49,996 nt of DNA from an uncultured Prevotella sp. Lineage in GTDB: Bacteria; Bacteroidota; Bacteroidia; Bacteroidales; Bacteroidaceae. Location of the stretch: positions 1 to 49,996 of the forward strand of contig CAAFFL010000172.1 of NCBI GenBank assembly GCA_900762125.1. The letters run 5' to 3'. The notes under the pieces were generated by a model. The model had not been told where the DNA came from and did not search any database. It was given only the letters and a program-made list of their open reading frames with translations. Position 1 is the stretch's first letter. Every line of letters begins with the position of its first letter. Positions 40,925 to 49,996 of the stretch are shown piece after piece. Position numbers and translations under genes: made by a program.

Positions 40925-42415
40925 CTATACCAACCCCATTTCCTTGGCTTTCTGCATGAGCAGTTGCATCAGCGGCTCGCGCTCATTGGGAACCCTATTG
41001 TCGAGCACGGCATCCTTAAGTGTCTGCTTCAACGTTCCCACCTCACGTGAAGGCTTGAGATGGAACATCTCCATGATTTCGTTGCCATCGATGACGGGCT
41101 GCAGAAGGCGCTTGTAGTCACGCACTTTCAGGTCCGCGATTTTCTCACGCACCAACTGGAAGTTCTGCAGGAAGCGTTGCTTCTTCACCTGGTTCTTACT
41201 GGTGATGTCGGCCTCGCAGAGCATCATCAGGTCGTCGATGTCGTCACCGGCATCGTTCACCAGTCGGCGCACGGCACTATCGGTGACCTCCTCGTCGGCG
41301 ATGACAATAGGCCGCATGTGCAGGTCGACAAGCTTCTGCACATACTTCATCTTCGCGTCCAGCGGCATCTTCAGTCGGCGGAAGATGCCGGGGATCATCT
41401 TTGCCCCGACATAGTTATGATTGTGGAACGTCCAGCCCTGCACGGGATCCCACCGTTTCGCCTTCGTCTTTCCAATGTCATGGAGCAATGCAGCCCAGCG
41501 GAGCCAAAGGGTATGATCAAAGAGTTGCTCTTCCCCATAATCATGAATATCATTGAGCTCAGCATCTTGGGATGCCCGCCGCTGTGCAGCAACAACATTC
41601 TCCAGCACTTCCAATGAGTGGTAATAGTTGTTCTTATGTGCACGGCCATAGCGTGTCTCCACGATGTCCAATGCCGTGAGCTCCGGCAGGATAAGCTGCA
41701 ACAATCCACTTTCATAGAGATAATAGAACCCCGTGGAAGGATGCGGCGCCAGCATGATCTTGTTCATCTCCTCCTCGATGCGCTCACCGCTGATGATCTT
41801 CAGACGGTCGGCATTACGGTGGAGCGCCTCACGGGTCTCATCCTCAATCTCGAAATTGAGCTGTGTGGCAAACCGCACACAACGCATCATGCGCAGCGGG
41901 TCGTCAGAGAACGTGATGTCCGGGTCGAGCGGTGTGGCGATGATGCCATCCTCCAGGTCGGCAACGCCATCAAAGGGATCGACAAGCTCGCCGAAGCGGT
42001 CGCCATTCAGGCACACCGCCATCGCATTGATGGTGAAGTCGCGGCGGTTCTGATCGTCCTCCAGCGTGCCATCCTCCACATGCGGCTTGCGACTGTCGTG
42101 GCTGTAGCTCTCCTTGCGGGCACCGACGAACTCCACCTCCATGCCATGCCACTTCACCTGTGCCGTTCCAAAGTTGCGGAACACAGACAGATAAGCGCCA
42201 CGGCCGAAATTTTTCTTCAAGGCCTTTGCCACCTCAATGCCACTGCCCACGACGACGATATCGATGTCGTTCGACGGCCGTTCGAGGAACAGATCACGCA
42301 CATATCCACCCACGACGTAGCACTCCAGATGGAGGCTATCGGCGGCAGCAGATATCCGATGAAAGATGTCCTGATCGAGCAGGTGAGCCAAGTCGGCATT
42401 GGAAAGGAGTCTCAT
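40925..42415 (-). CDS. CCA-adding tRNA nucleotidyltransferase with HD domain
   Basis: VGGYVRD, DID, RRDFTINA, DDPLRMMR, LLHDIGK. Confidence 0.92.
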   Translation of the reverse strand: MRLLSNADLAHLLDQDIFHRISAAADSLHLECYVVGGYVRDLFLERPSNDIDIVVVGSGIEVAKALKKNFGRGAYLSVFRNFGTAQVKWHGMEVEFVGARKESYSHDSRKPHVEDGTLEDDQNRRDFTINAMAVCLNGDRFGELVDPFDGVADLEDGIIATPLDPDITFSDDPLRMMRCVRFATQLNFEIEDETREALHRNADRLKIISGERIEEEMNKIMLAPHPSTGFYYLYESGLLQLILPELTALDIVETRYGRAHKNNYYHSLEVLENVVAAQRRASQDAELNDIHDYGEEQLFDHTLWLRWAALLHDIGKTKAKRWDPVQGWTFHNHNYVGAKMIPGIFRRLKMPLDAKMKYVQKLVDLHMRPIVIADEEVTDSAVRRLVNDAGDDIDDLMMLCEADITSKNQVKKQRFLQNFQLVREKIADLKVRDYKRLLQPVIDGNEIMEMFHLKPSREVGTLKQTLKDAVLDNRVPNEREPLMQLLMQKAKEMGLV

Positions 42416-42480
42416 TACTTTGATAATCTTGTTACTTGAAGAACTATAAACTATATCGTCCTTGATGATTTTTGCGGGTG

Positions 42481-42517
42481 CAAAGGTACGTATTTTTAAT
42501 GAAAATCAGTAACTTTG
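42481..42517. promoter_or_regulatory. Divergent -7 promoter elements
   Basis: TACCTTTG on minus at 42481-42488; TAACTTTG on plus at 42510-42517. Confidence 0.65.
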
Positions 42518-42538
42518 CATCAAAATAAAGAATCCATC

Positions 42539-42970
42539 ATGAAGAAGATTACCCTGTTTTTGGCTCTACTGAGTCTCACCGCATGTCACAAGCCTACCGC
42601 CGACGAGAAGGCTGCGCCACAGATGGTCAAGATCGATTCACTCTACCAGAAAGGTGACTATCCCGCCACACTGAACGCCATCACCCGACTCCGTGCTGAC
42701 TATCCCGAGGCGATAGAGTCACGGAAACGAGCATTGAAGATCTGGCAAGACGCCTCGTTGAAGATGACGCAGGCGGACATCGGCCGCACCGACTCCGCCT
42801 TGCAGGCTGCCCAGCAGGAATATGCCGCCTATGGCTCCCGTGCATCCATGGATGATCCCACCCGGCTGAAGGCCAACCGCCTCAAGGCACACATCGACTC
42901 CCTGCAGATCCGCTACGATGCATTGTGTGGTACGGTGCGCGTCATCCGTCACCAGGCCAGCAAGCCATAA
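42539..42970 (+). CDS. Hypothetical lipoprotein
   Basis: ATG 42539; MKKITLFLALLSLTAC lipobox; helical body. Confidence 0.8.
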   Translation: MKKITLFLALLSLTACHKPTADEKAAPQMVKIDSLYQKGDYPATLNAITRLRADYPEAIESRKRALKIWQDASLKMTQADIGRTDSALQAAQQEYAAYGSRASMDDPTRLKANRLKAHIDSLQIRYDALCGTVRVIRHQASKP

Positions 42971-43054
42971 GGGTCGCTTTGACGGCCACTCTTAAGGTTT
43001 TTTACCGCATACCGTTCACCGTTCTCAATAATAATAAGTAACTTTGCACCTGAT

Positions 43055-43603
43055 ATGGCAGAACTGAATACAGACCAACAGTTTGAGGACATTCTCAAGG
43101 AATGCCGTGACCTCTTCGCCAAGAAGCTCCACGACTATGGTGCCTCCTGGCGCATTCTCCGACCGTCATCGCTTACCGACCAGCTCTTCATCAAGGCCAA
43201 GCGCATTCGCTCCTTGGAGATCACGGGACAGTCGCTCGTTAGCGAAGGCATCCGTCCGGAATTCATCGCGCTAATCAACTATGGCATCGTGGGGCTCATC
43301 CAGCTGGAGCGTGGCTTTGCCGACACTGTCGACATGACGCCCGATGAAGCGCTGGCACTCTACGACCGTCATGCACAGGAAGCCTTCTCACTGATGAAAA
43401 AGAAGAACCATGACTATGGCGAGGCGTGGCGTGACATGCGTGTGAGCAGCTACACCGACTTCATCCTCACAAAGATTGAGCGTGTGAAGGAGTTGGAGGA
43501 TATCCACGGCCAGGCCCTCGTCTCCGAAGGCATCGATGCCAACTATATGGACATCATCAACTATGCTGTATTCGGCGCAATCAGGCTAAAGGTAAAAGAG
43601 TAG
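43055..43603 (+). CDS. DUF1599-domain protein (two internal repeats)
   Basis: Repeated KxHDYGxxW..R motif and INYxxxxxI motif; TAACTTTG promoter element at 43039. Confidence 0.85.
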   Translation: MAELNTDQQFEDILKECRDLFAKKLHDYGASWRILRPSSLTDQLFIKAKRIRSLEITGQSLVSEGIRPEFIALINYGIVGLIQLERGFADTVDMTPDEALALYDRHAQEAFSLMKKKNHDYGEAWRDMRVSSYTDFILTKIERVKELEDIHGQALVSEGIDANYMDIINYAVFGAIRLKVKE

Positions 43604-43662
43604 AAAGGTAAAAGAGTAAAAGGGTAATAGATTAATAAGGTAAAAATGTGAGTGCAACAATC

Positions 43663-45729
43663 ATGATCAGAAAGATAGTCGTCAACATCTGCAGGTTCAT
43701 CCTGGGGCTGACCTTCATTTTCTCCGGATATGTGAAGGCCATAGACCCCTTAGGCACTGAATACAAGATTGAGGACTATCTGGAGGCCATCGGTTTGGCA
43801 GGCGTTTTACCCTGGCAAGTGACGCTCACCACATCGGTGCTCCTGTCGGCATTGGAGTTTTCCTTGGGCATCTTCATGCTCTTTGCCATTCGCCGCCGCC
43901 TGGTGTCGAAGCTGATGACGGCCTTCATGGTGGTGATGACACTCGTCACCCTCTGGCTCGCCTTGGCCAATCCCGTGAAGGACTGTGGCTGCTTCGGCGA
44001 CGCCATTCACCTCTCCAACTGGCATACGCTGGGCAAGAACGTCATCCTTCTCGCCTGCGCCGTGGTGGTCACCCGCTGGCCGCTGGACATGGTGCGGTTC
44101 ATCTCGAAGATCAACCAGTGGCTTGCCATCAACTACACCATCCTCTTCATCCTCATCACCAGCGGCTACTGTCTCTACAAGCTTCCGACCTTCGACTTCC
44201 GTCCTTACCACATTGGCGCGAACATCAAGAAAGGTATGGAGATTCCCCCCGGCGCTCCCCAGCCAGAATTTGAGACAACCTTCATCCTGGAAAAGAATGG
44301 CAAGAAGAAAGAGTTCACCCTTGACAACTACCCCGACTCCACCTGGACGTTTGTGGACTCAAAGAGTGTCTTGGTGAAAGAGGGCTACGAACCGCCCATC
44401 CACGACTTCTCCATCATCGACAAGACAGGACTGGATCTCACCGACAGCATCCTCTCGAGGAAAGGATATACCTTTCTGCTCATCTCCCCACAACTGGAGA
44501 CTGCCGACGACGGCAACTTTGGCAACATTGACCGGCTCTATGAATATGCGCAGGACAATGGTGTACCATTCTACTGCCTTACCGCCTCGACATCGAAGGG
44601 CATCAGCCACTGGATAGACATCACGGGAGCGGAATATCCTTTCTACGCCACCGATGGCACCACGCTGAAGACCATCATCCGCTCCAATCCCGGACTGGTA
44701 CTGCTGAAGGATGGCACGATCATCCGCAAATGGAGCCATAACGCCCTGCCGACAGCCGAAAGACTGCAGGAGCCTTTGGCTAAGGCATCTATCGGAAGGA
44801 TGCCGGCCATCTCCGTGCCACAGAAGATTGTGAAGGTCGTCCTGTTGTTCTTCCTGCCGCTCCTGCTGCTCGCCCTGGCCGACCGCCTGTGGGCATGGAG
44901 CCGCTACGTGAAAGGAATAGAATCGAGTCTAACACATTATATCAACTTTTTAAAACCAAAGACAATGAGAAAGAAAATTGTTGCAGGTAACTGGAAAATG
45001 AATGAGAACCTGCAGGAGGGCGTAGCCCTGGCAAAGGAAATCAATGACATGCTCGTGGCTGACAAGCCCAACTGCGGCGTCATCATCTGCACACCGTTCA
45101 TCCATCTGGCAAAGGTGGCTGAGGTGCTCGGCGACCAGGAGGTTGTTGCCCTGGGTGCAGAGAACTGCGCCGACAAGGAGAAGGGTGCCTACACCGGTGA
45201 GGTAAGCGCTGCCATGGTGAAGTCGACCGGTGCACAGTATGTCATCCTCGGCCACTCCGAGCGTCGTCAGTATTACCACGAGACGGCTGAGATCCTGAAG
45301 GAGAAGGTGCAGCTCGCACTGGCCAACGGTCTGAAGGTCATCTTCTGCTGCGGCGAGACACTCGAGGAGCGTGAGGCCAACAAGCAGAATGAGGTGGTAA
45401 AGGCAGAGCTCGACGGCAGCGTCTTCAACCTCACGACTGAGGAGTGGAAGAACATCGTGCTGGCTTACGAGCCGATCTGGGCTATCGGTACCGGTAAGAC
45501 CGCTACCAGCGACCAGGCTGAGGAGATGCTCGCCTACATCCGTAGCATCGTCGCAGAGAAGTATGGCAAGGACGCTGCTGAGGACACGACGATCCTCTAC
45601 GGTGGCAGCTGCAAGCCCGGCAATGCTCCTGAGCTCTTCGCTAAGCCCGACATCGACGGTGGCCTCATCGGCGGTGCTTCCCTGAAGGCTGCTGACTTCA
45701 AGGGCATCATCGACGCGTGGAAGAAGTAA
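43663..45729 (+). CDS. tpiA: DoxX/MauE-like membrane protein (BT_3928-type) fused in frame to triosephosphate isomerase
   Basis: N-terminal TMs with DCGCFGD and a thioredoxin-like region; from ATG 44965 a complete TPI ([31 protein letters not shown]); no stop between the parts. Confidence 0.9.
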   Translation: MIRKIVVNICRFILGLTFIFSGYVKAIDPLGTEYKIEDYLEAIGLAGVLPWQVTLTTSVLLSALEFSLGIFMLFAIRRRLVSKLMTAFMVVMTLVTLWLALANPVKDCGCFGDAIHLSNWHTLGKNVILLACAVVVTRWPLDMVRFISKINQWLAINYTILFILITSGYCLYKLPTFDFRPYHIGANIKKGMEIPPGAPQPEFETTFILEKNGKKKEFTLDNYPDSTWTFVDSKSVLVKEGYEPPIHDFSIIDKTGLDLTDSILSRKGYTFLLISPQLETADDGNFGNIDRLYEYAQDNGVPFYCLTASTSKGISHWIDITGAEYPFYATDGTTLKTIIRSNPGLVLLKDGTIIRKWSHNALPTAERLQEPLAKASIGRMPAISVPQKIVKVVLLFFLPLLLLALADRLWAWSRYVKGIESSLTHYINFLKPKTMRKKIVAGNWKMNENLQEGVALAKEINDMLVADKPNCGVIICTPFIHLAKVAEVLGDQEVVALGAENCADKEKGAYTGEVSAAMVKSTGAQYVILGHSERRQYYHETAEILKEKVQLALANGLKVIFCCGETLEEREANKQNEVVKAELDGSVFNLTTEEWKNIVLAYEPIWAIGTGKTATSDQAEEMLAYIRSIVAEKYGKDAAEDTTILYGGSCKPGNAPELFAKPDIDGGLIGGASLKAADFKGIIDAWKK

Positions 45730-45730
45730 G

Positions 45731-45785
45731 CCTCTCTCCCCCAAGCCCCCTCTCCCCATCGCTTCGCTATGGGAGAGGGGGATGT
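45731..45785. repeat. REP-like hairpin related to the 36094 element
   Basis: CCAAGCCCCCTCTCCC...GGGAGAGGGGGATGT shares its CCAAGCCCC head and GAGGGG(G)ATGT tail. Confidence 0.75.
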
Positions 45786-45817
45786 ATATTACTGAGATAA
45801 ACAATAATATTACGTAC

Positions 45818-46330
45818 ATGACGCGAATCGTCACTACACTCATCATCATGGTCTGCTATGTCCTTACGGCCAACGCACAGACCATTGATACCCTCCACCA
45901 TCACAAGGTGGACACACCCCATACCACAACCACTAAACCCAACACGGCTGCCACACCCCAGCATCATCAGGCGGACACCACACATCATCCGACAACGACG
46001 CAACAGGTAGACGACGAGATGAACATCCCCACCGTGGACCTGCGGAAGAAGGTCATGCGCCGTAGCTATAAAGGCACGGGCTACCGCGTGCAAGCCTACT
46101 CCGGTGGCAACAAGCGCACTGACAAGATCCGCGCACAGCAGATTGGCAACGCCATCAAGATGGCCTACCCCGACCAGCCGGTCTACGTCCACTTCTACTC
46201 TCCCCGATGGGTGTGCCGCGTGGGCAACTATCGCAGCTATAGCGAGGCCCAGCGCATGCTCCGAGCCATCAAGAAGATGGGCTACAAGTCGGCAATGATC
46301 GTTAAAGGAAAGATCACCGTGCAATACTAG
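45818..46330 (+). CDS. SPOR-domain protein
   Basis: Signal peptide from ATG 45818, His/Thr-rich linker, GYRVQAYSG..WVCRVGNY. Confidence 0.85.
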   Translation: MTRIVTTLIIMVCYVLTANAQTIDTLHHHKVDTPHTTTTKPNTAATPQHHQADTTHHPTTTQQVDDEMNIPTVDLRKKVMRRSYKGTGYRVQAYSGGNKRTDKIRAQQIGNAIKMAYPDQPVYVHFYSPRWVCRVGNYRSYSEAQRMLRAIKKMGYKSAMIVKGKITVQY

Positions 46331-46402
46331 TCATCTTGACCTTTAACATTAATTTAGTTTTTCTCATGCAAGGATTAACTTGCATGGCATTTCAATCATA
46401 GA

Positions 46403-46459
46403 TACACCTTATTATATATAGGCACACCCTACCACCTAGAGCTACACCTTATTATATAT
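46403..46459 (+). repeat. Direct repeat TACACCTTATTATATAT x2 upstream of folE
   Basis: Identical 17-mers at 46403 and 46443 (40-bp period). Confidence 0.9.
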
Positions 46460-46488
46460 GGGCATATCTCTCAAGAGCAACAAACAGC

Positions 46489-47082
46489 ATGAACCCTGAG
46501 ATAGAATTCCGCGACGGCCTAGACGAGCTTGCCGCACACTATAAAGACATCCTCACCCTGCTGGGTGAAGACCCCGAGCGCGAAGGACTGCAGAAGACGC
46601 CGATGCGCGTGGCGAAGGCGATGCAGATCCTCACTCGCGGCTACACACAGGATCCGAAGAAGGTGCTCACCGACGCACTCTTCCAGGAGGACTACGACCA
46701 GATGGTCATCGTCAAGGACATAGACTTCTTCTCGATGTGCGAGCACCATATGCTGCCGTTCTATGGCAAGGCACACGTGGCCTACATCCCCAACGGCACC
46801 ATCACCGGCCTGAGCAAGATTGCACGCGTCATCGACATCTACAGCCACCGTCTGCAGGTGCAGGAACGGCTGACACAGCAGGTCATGCAGTGCATCAACG
46901 ACACACTGAAGCCACAGGGCGTGATGGTCGTCATTGAGGCGAAGCACATGTGCATGCAGATGCGTGGCGTAGAGAAGCGCAACAGCATCACTACCACGTC
47001 CGCCTACAGTGGCGTTTTTGAGGCCGCCCGCACCCGCGAGGAGTTCATGAGCCTCCTGCGCGGTGAATCGGGAAGACTATAA
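46489..47082 (+). CDS. folE: GTP cyclohydrolase I
   Basis: [40 protein letters not shown]. Confidence 0.97.
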   Translation: MNPEIEFRDGLDELAAHYKDILTLLGEDPEREGLQKTPMRVAKAMQILTRGYTQDPKKVLTDALFQEDYDQMVIVKDIDFFSMCEHHMLPFYGKAHVAYIPNGTITGLSKIARVIDIYSHRLQVQERLTQQVMQCINDTLKPQGVMVVIEAKHMCMQMRGVEKRNSITTTSAYSGVFEAARTREEFMSLLRGESGRL

Positions 47083-47141
47083 GAAGACCTAGCTGGATAG
47101 CCAGTAGAAATAACAAGATAAACAACTAAAAGATAAACGCA

Positions 47142-47744
47142 ATGAGAAAGATTTCATTATTCATGCTTTTCCTCGTCTCCTCCATGGCATTGTGCCTGAC
47201 CTCCTGTTTGGGAGACGACGACGATGACAGCCTCACCCAGGAGCAGATTCAGACTGCACGGCAGGCCATGCGTGGCAACTATAGCGGTGCCACACACAGC
47301 TATCTGGCCAGCTCCTCAAGGAAAGACAGCACCTTCAACACCAGTTGGACGCTGAACGACTCCACAGTTACCATCTACAACTTCCCAGTCAGTCAGCTGG
47401 CATTGGCACTGGACACCACGACGCACAAAGCCGAGATCGCTGCCCTCAAGAAGGTTCCTGCACAGACGGTGAAGTGCTATTGGGGTTTCTATCAGACCAG
47501 TAACTTCGGCAACCCAAACTATTACTTTGGTGTTGCACCTGCAACTGTGACCGTAAACTTCGAGGCTGACGGCAAGAGCCATCAATTGAAGGCAAGCTTC
47601 CAGAGCTTACAGAGTTACATGTCTGTCTACAGTGTCACACAGCACCTCATGGGCCTGCAGTTCCTGACCTACCAGATACAGCTGGATAATGCGACCATCA
47701 GCAAACAGATGCTGTTTGTGCTAGGCCCATCGTCCAAATACTAA
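47142..47744 (+). CDS. Hypothetical lipoprotein (DUF4840-like)
   Basis: Lipobox LTSC followed by acidic DDDDD (Bacteroidetes export-signal-like). Confidence 0.75.
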   Translation: MRKISLFMLFLVSSMALCLTSCLGDDDDDSLTQEQIQTARQAMRGNYSGATHSYLASSSRKDSTFNTSWTLNDSTVTIYNFPVSQLALALDTTTHKAEIAALKKVPAQTVKCYWGFYQTSNFGNPNYYFGVAPATVTVNFEADGKSHQLKASFQSLQSYMSVYSVTQHLMGLQFLTYQIQLDNATISKQMLFVLGPSSKY

Positions 47745-47751
47745 ATAGCCT

Positions 47752-48540
47752 ATGAAATTCATCTCTTGGAATGTCAACGGGCTTCGTGCATGCATGAAGC
47801 CCGACACCGAGAAAGGCAAAGTCGGCTTCGAGGCCATCTTCCGTGACCTCGATGCCGACTTTTTCTGTCTGCAGGAAACGAAGATGCAGGCGGGACAGCT
47901 CGACCTCGCCTTCCCTGGTTATGAGAGTTACTGGAACTATGCCGACAAGAAAGGCTACAGCGGCACCGCCATCTTCACCAAGCACACGCCGCTGTCGGTG
48001 AAGCTCGGCATGGGCATCGACGAGCACGACCATGAAGGCCGCGTCATCACGCTGGAGTACGATCAGTTCTACCTTGTCGACGTCTATACGCCGAACAGTC
48101 AGCAGGCCAATGATGGCGAGAAACTGCCACGGCGCCTGGGCTACCGCATGCAGTGGGAGGATGCCTTCCGCGACTATCTGAAGGGCCTCGACGCGCAGAA
48201 GGCCGTCATCGTCTGCGGCGACATGAACGTTGCCCACGAGGAGATCGACATCAAAAACCCGAAGACGAACCGCTTCAACGCCGGCTTCACCGACGAGGAG
48301 CGCCAGAAGATGACCGAGCTGCTCCAGAGTGGCTTCGTCGACACGTTCCGTACGCTGCACCCCGACGACGTCACCTACAGCTGGTGGAGCTATCGCTTCC
48401 GCAGCCGGGAGAAGAACGCCGGCTGGCGCATCGACTACTTCCTCACCTCCGAGCGTCTGCTGCCGCAGGTCTCCAACGCCAGCATCCACACGGAGATCCA
48501 TGGCTCTGACCATTGTCCCGTGGAGCTGGTACTTAAATAA
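47752..48540 (+). CDS. xth: Exodeoxyribonuclease III
   Basis: SWNVNGLRA, LQETK, GDMNVAH, GWRIDY, SDHCP. Confidence 0.96.
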   Translation: MKFISWNVNGLRACMKPDTEKGKVGFEAIFRDLDADFFCLQETKMQAGQLDLAFPGYESYWNYADKKGYSGTAIFTKHTPLSVKLGMGIDEHDHEGRVITLEYDQFYLVDVYTPNSQQANDGEKLPRRLGYRMQWEDAFRDYLKGLDAQKAVIVCGDMNVAHEEIDIKNPKTNRFNAGFTDEERQKMTELLQSGFVDTFRTLHPDDVTYSWWSYRFRSREKNAGWRIDYFLTSERLLPQVSNASIHTEIHGSDHCPVELVLK

Positions 48541-48553
48541 TAGGACACAAACA

Positions 48554-48592
48554 AAGCCCCGGGGTCTCACGACTCCGGGGCTTCTTCTGTTT
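48554..48592. terminator. Bidirectional terminator
   Basis: Stem AAGCCCCGG/CCGGGGCTT between convergent genes. Confidence 0.75.
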
Positions 48593-48679
48593 AGTAGTAT
48601 TATCGTATTATTATTGTAAGAGAGATCTTATCCAATCCTTTAGAAAGCGTGGGCGCACTGTTGGCGCCCGTGCCTTGTA

Positions 48680-49192
48680 TTACTGCAGCAGCATGTGGAT
48701 CTCGTTGATGGGGCGCTTCTCCTGTGTGCCGTCCGTGCGAGTCACGATGAAGTAGTCGTGCATCGACTGGCCATTAGCATACTGGATGACAGCAACGCCG
48801 CCGTCACGCATCTGCAGGGTGAAGTAGCCCTCGCGCTTGCCGTTCACATACTTGCCGTGAAGCTTCTCCTTGCCATTGCTGTAGTAGGTCGTCACCTCAC
48901 CATTGAGAACGGTGTTCTTGTCGTTGCCAAGGTCTACGAAGCTGTAGCCGCCCTCAGCCTTGAGGTTGCCGTTCATATAGAAGTCCTGGAACACGTCCTG
49001 CTTCTTCAGGCCTGTGCCCTGCGTCATCAGCAGACGATAGTAAGCAGCCTGGTCAGCGCTTGCCACATTCATCTGGTTGGCTGCATAGTAGATGGTATCA
49101 CCAACAACAGTAGCAGTCTCATTTACGTGCTTGCGACCGAAACTAGCAACGGTCATGAGCAGCATCATTGAAAGTAAAACGATCTTTTTCAT
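48680..49192 (-). CDS. Secreted protein with MORN-variant/YwqK-like repeats
   Basis: Signal peptide; FYMNGNLKAEG, YYSNGKEKLHGKYVNGKREG; TACCTTTG element at 49240-49247. Confidence 0.75.
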   Translation of the reverse strand: MKKIVLLSMMLLMTVASFGRKHVNETATVVGDTIYYAANQMNVASADQAAYYRLLMTQGTGLKKQDVFQDFYMNGNLKAEGGYSFVDLGNDKNTVLNGEVTTYYSNGKEKLHGKYVNGKREGYFTLQMRDGGVAVIQYANGQSMHDYFIVTRTDGTQEKRPINEIHMLLQ

Positions 49193-49583
49193 TGCTTTAT
49201 TATTTTATTGTTTCAGGTTCTTATTTCCTAATTGCACTGCAAAGGTATGCATTTTATATGAAACTTGTTCTTTTCATTAACATTATTTTATAACTATTTT
49301 TCAGTCGTAAAATGACTAAAACTTCAAAGTCCGCTTTTAATTTAAAACTGAAAGAAAAGTACCCCTAAAACTAACAATTTGGAAAACGACTATCTTTTCT
49401 AGCCCCGAAAACAGGCACAACGACTTACAGATTGATAGGTTTTGCCATTTCGTCAACGATTACGTGCAGAGGTGCCCATATCAATCAAACATCGTGATTT
49501 CAATTTTAATGTAACGTAATATTACCGCTCGGACAGATTGATATAAATCAATTCTCCAAACTTCCAAATTGTCACAAACAACT

Positions 49584-49615
49584 ATCCCTGCCTTACGGTT
49601 TGCAAAGCAGGGATA
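49584..49615 (-). terminator. Probable terminator after the GH25 gene
   Basis: Stem TATCCCTGC/GCAGGGATA; weak U-tract. Confidence 0.5.
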
Positions 49616-49650
49616 AACATTGATGACTATCAAAATGAAACCAATGACCA

Positions 49651-49996
49651 TCAGCGGGGCATACGGATGTCGTCGAGGGTGATGTCTGGGGCGAAGAGGT
49701 CGAGATCTACGGGCATATTGATGCCGTTGACGGCGCCTTGATCAGTGTGTTGCCAGATGACGTGGCGGCCGGCACCCTTGACGGCAGGCTCCGCGTCCTC
49801 ATAGCGGGAGAGAAACAACGGATACTCATTGAACTCCGGTGCCAGCGTGAGATTGTAGAAATGGGAGTAGCTATATATAATAGGTGTACAATGATAGTAC
49901 TCCTCGATGAGCCGCAGCATCTTCAGGAGGTTCATCCGCACCTCAGCCTTCGTCCATCCGCGGACGCCCTCTTCCTCGACGTCCACGACAGTAACG
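49651..49996 (-). CDS. Glycoside hydrolase family 25 (lysozyme/muramidase), 3' part
   Basis: DVE catalytic motif, PIIYS, WQHTDQG..GI..PVDLD; frame is open to the window edge. Confidence 0.85.
   Translation of the reverse strand, partial: VTVVDVEEEGVRGWTKAEVRMNLLKMLRLIEEYYHCTPIIYSYSHFYNLTLAPEFNEYPLFLSRYEDAEPAVKGAGRHVIWQHTDQGAVNGINMPVDLDLFAPDITLDDIRMPR

Noticed and set aside
43588..43646. AAAGGTAAAAGAGT-type repeats after the DUF1599 gene, and TTTTAG repeats at 30507-30536
   Set aside because: Low-complexity intergenic repeats with no further structure
45890..46005. His/Thr-rich stretch in the SPOR protein
   Set aside because: Consistent with an ordinary disordered linker
48680..49192. YwqK-like protein as the antitoxin of a toxin-antitoxin pair
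   Set aside because: It has a signal peptide and no adjacent toxin gene; the repeat type is widespread

Overview
This looks like GC-rich Bacteroidales (Prevotella-like) chromosomal DNA, judged from TAnnTTTG promoter elements, AT-rich translation starts and gene content. Most of it is core genome: a PnuC-type transporter with thiamine pyrophosphokinase, an 11-subunit nuo operon lacking nuoEFG, MscS, htpG, pyrG, yidC, an S9 dipeptidyl peptidase, two tandem MFS transporters, LysE, rfbD, prfC, an RND efflux operon ending in a divergent LpxA-like gene, a CCA/HD enzyme, a DoxX/MauE-like protein fused in frame to TpiA, a SPOR protein, folE, xth and a partial GH25 lysozyme. The one clear accessory patch (about 1.2-3.85 kb) has two ISL3 remnants around a low-GC secreted-protein gene with a highly structured leader, plus an AraC remnant. 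The best leads are: MFSD1-like putative dipeptide transporters next to a DPP5-like peptidase; the membrane-anchored TpiA fusion with a likely internal start; a dispersed CACCTTATTATAT motif that also occurs inside genes through rare codons; the two-hairpin leader RNA; a candidate sRNA beside htpG; and the LpxA paralogue missing UDP-GlcNAc-binding residues. No tRNA, rRNA or CRISPR array was seen. All family assignments come from recognising motifs by eye, not from database searches.
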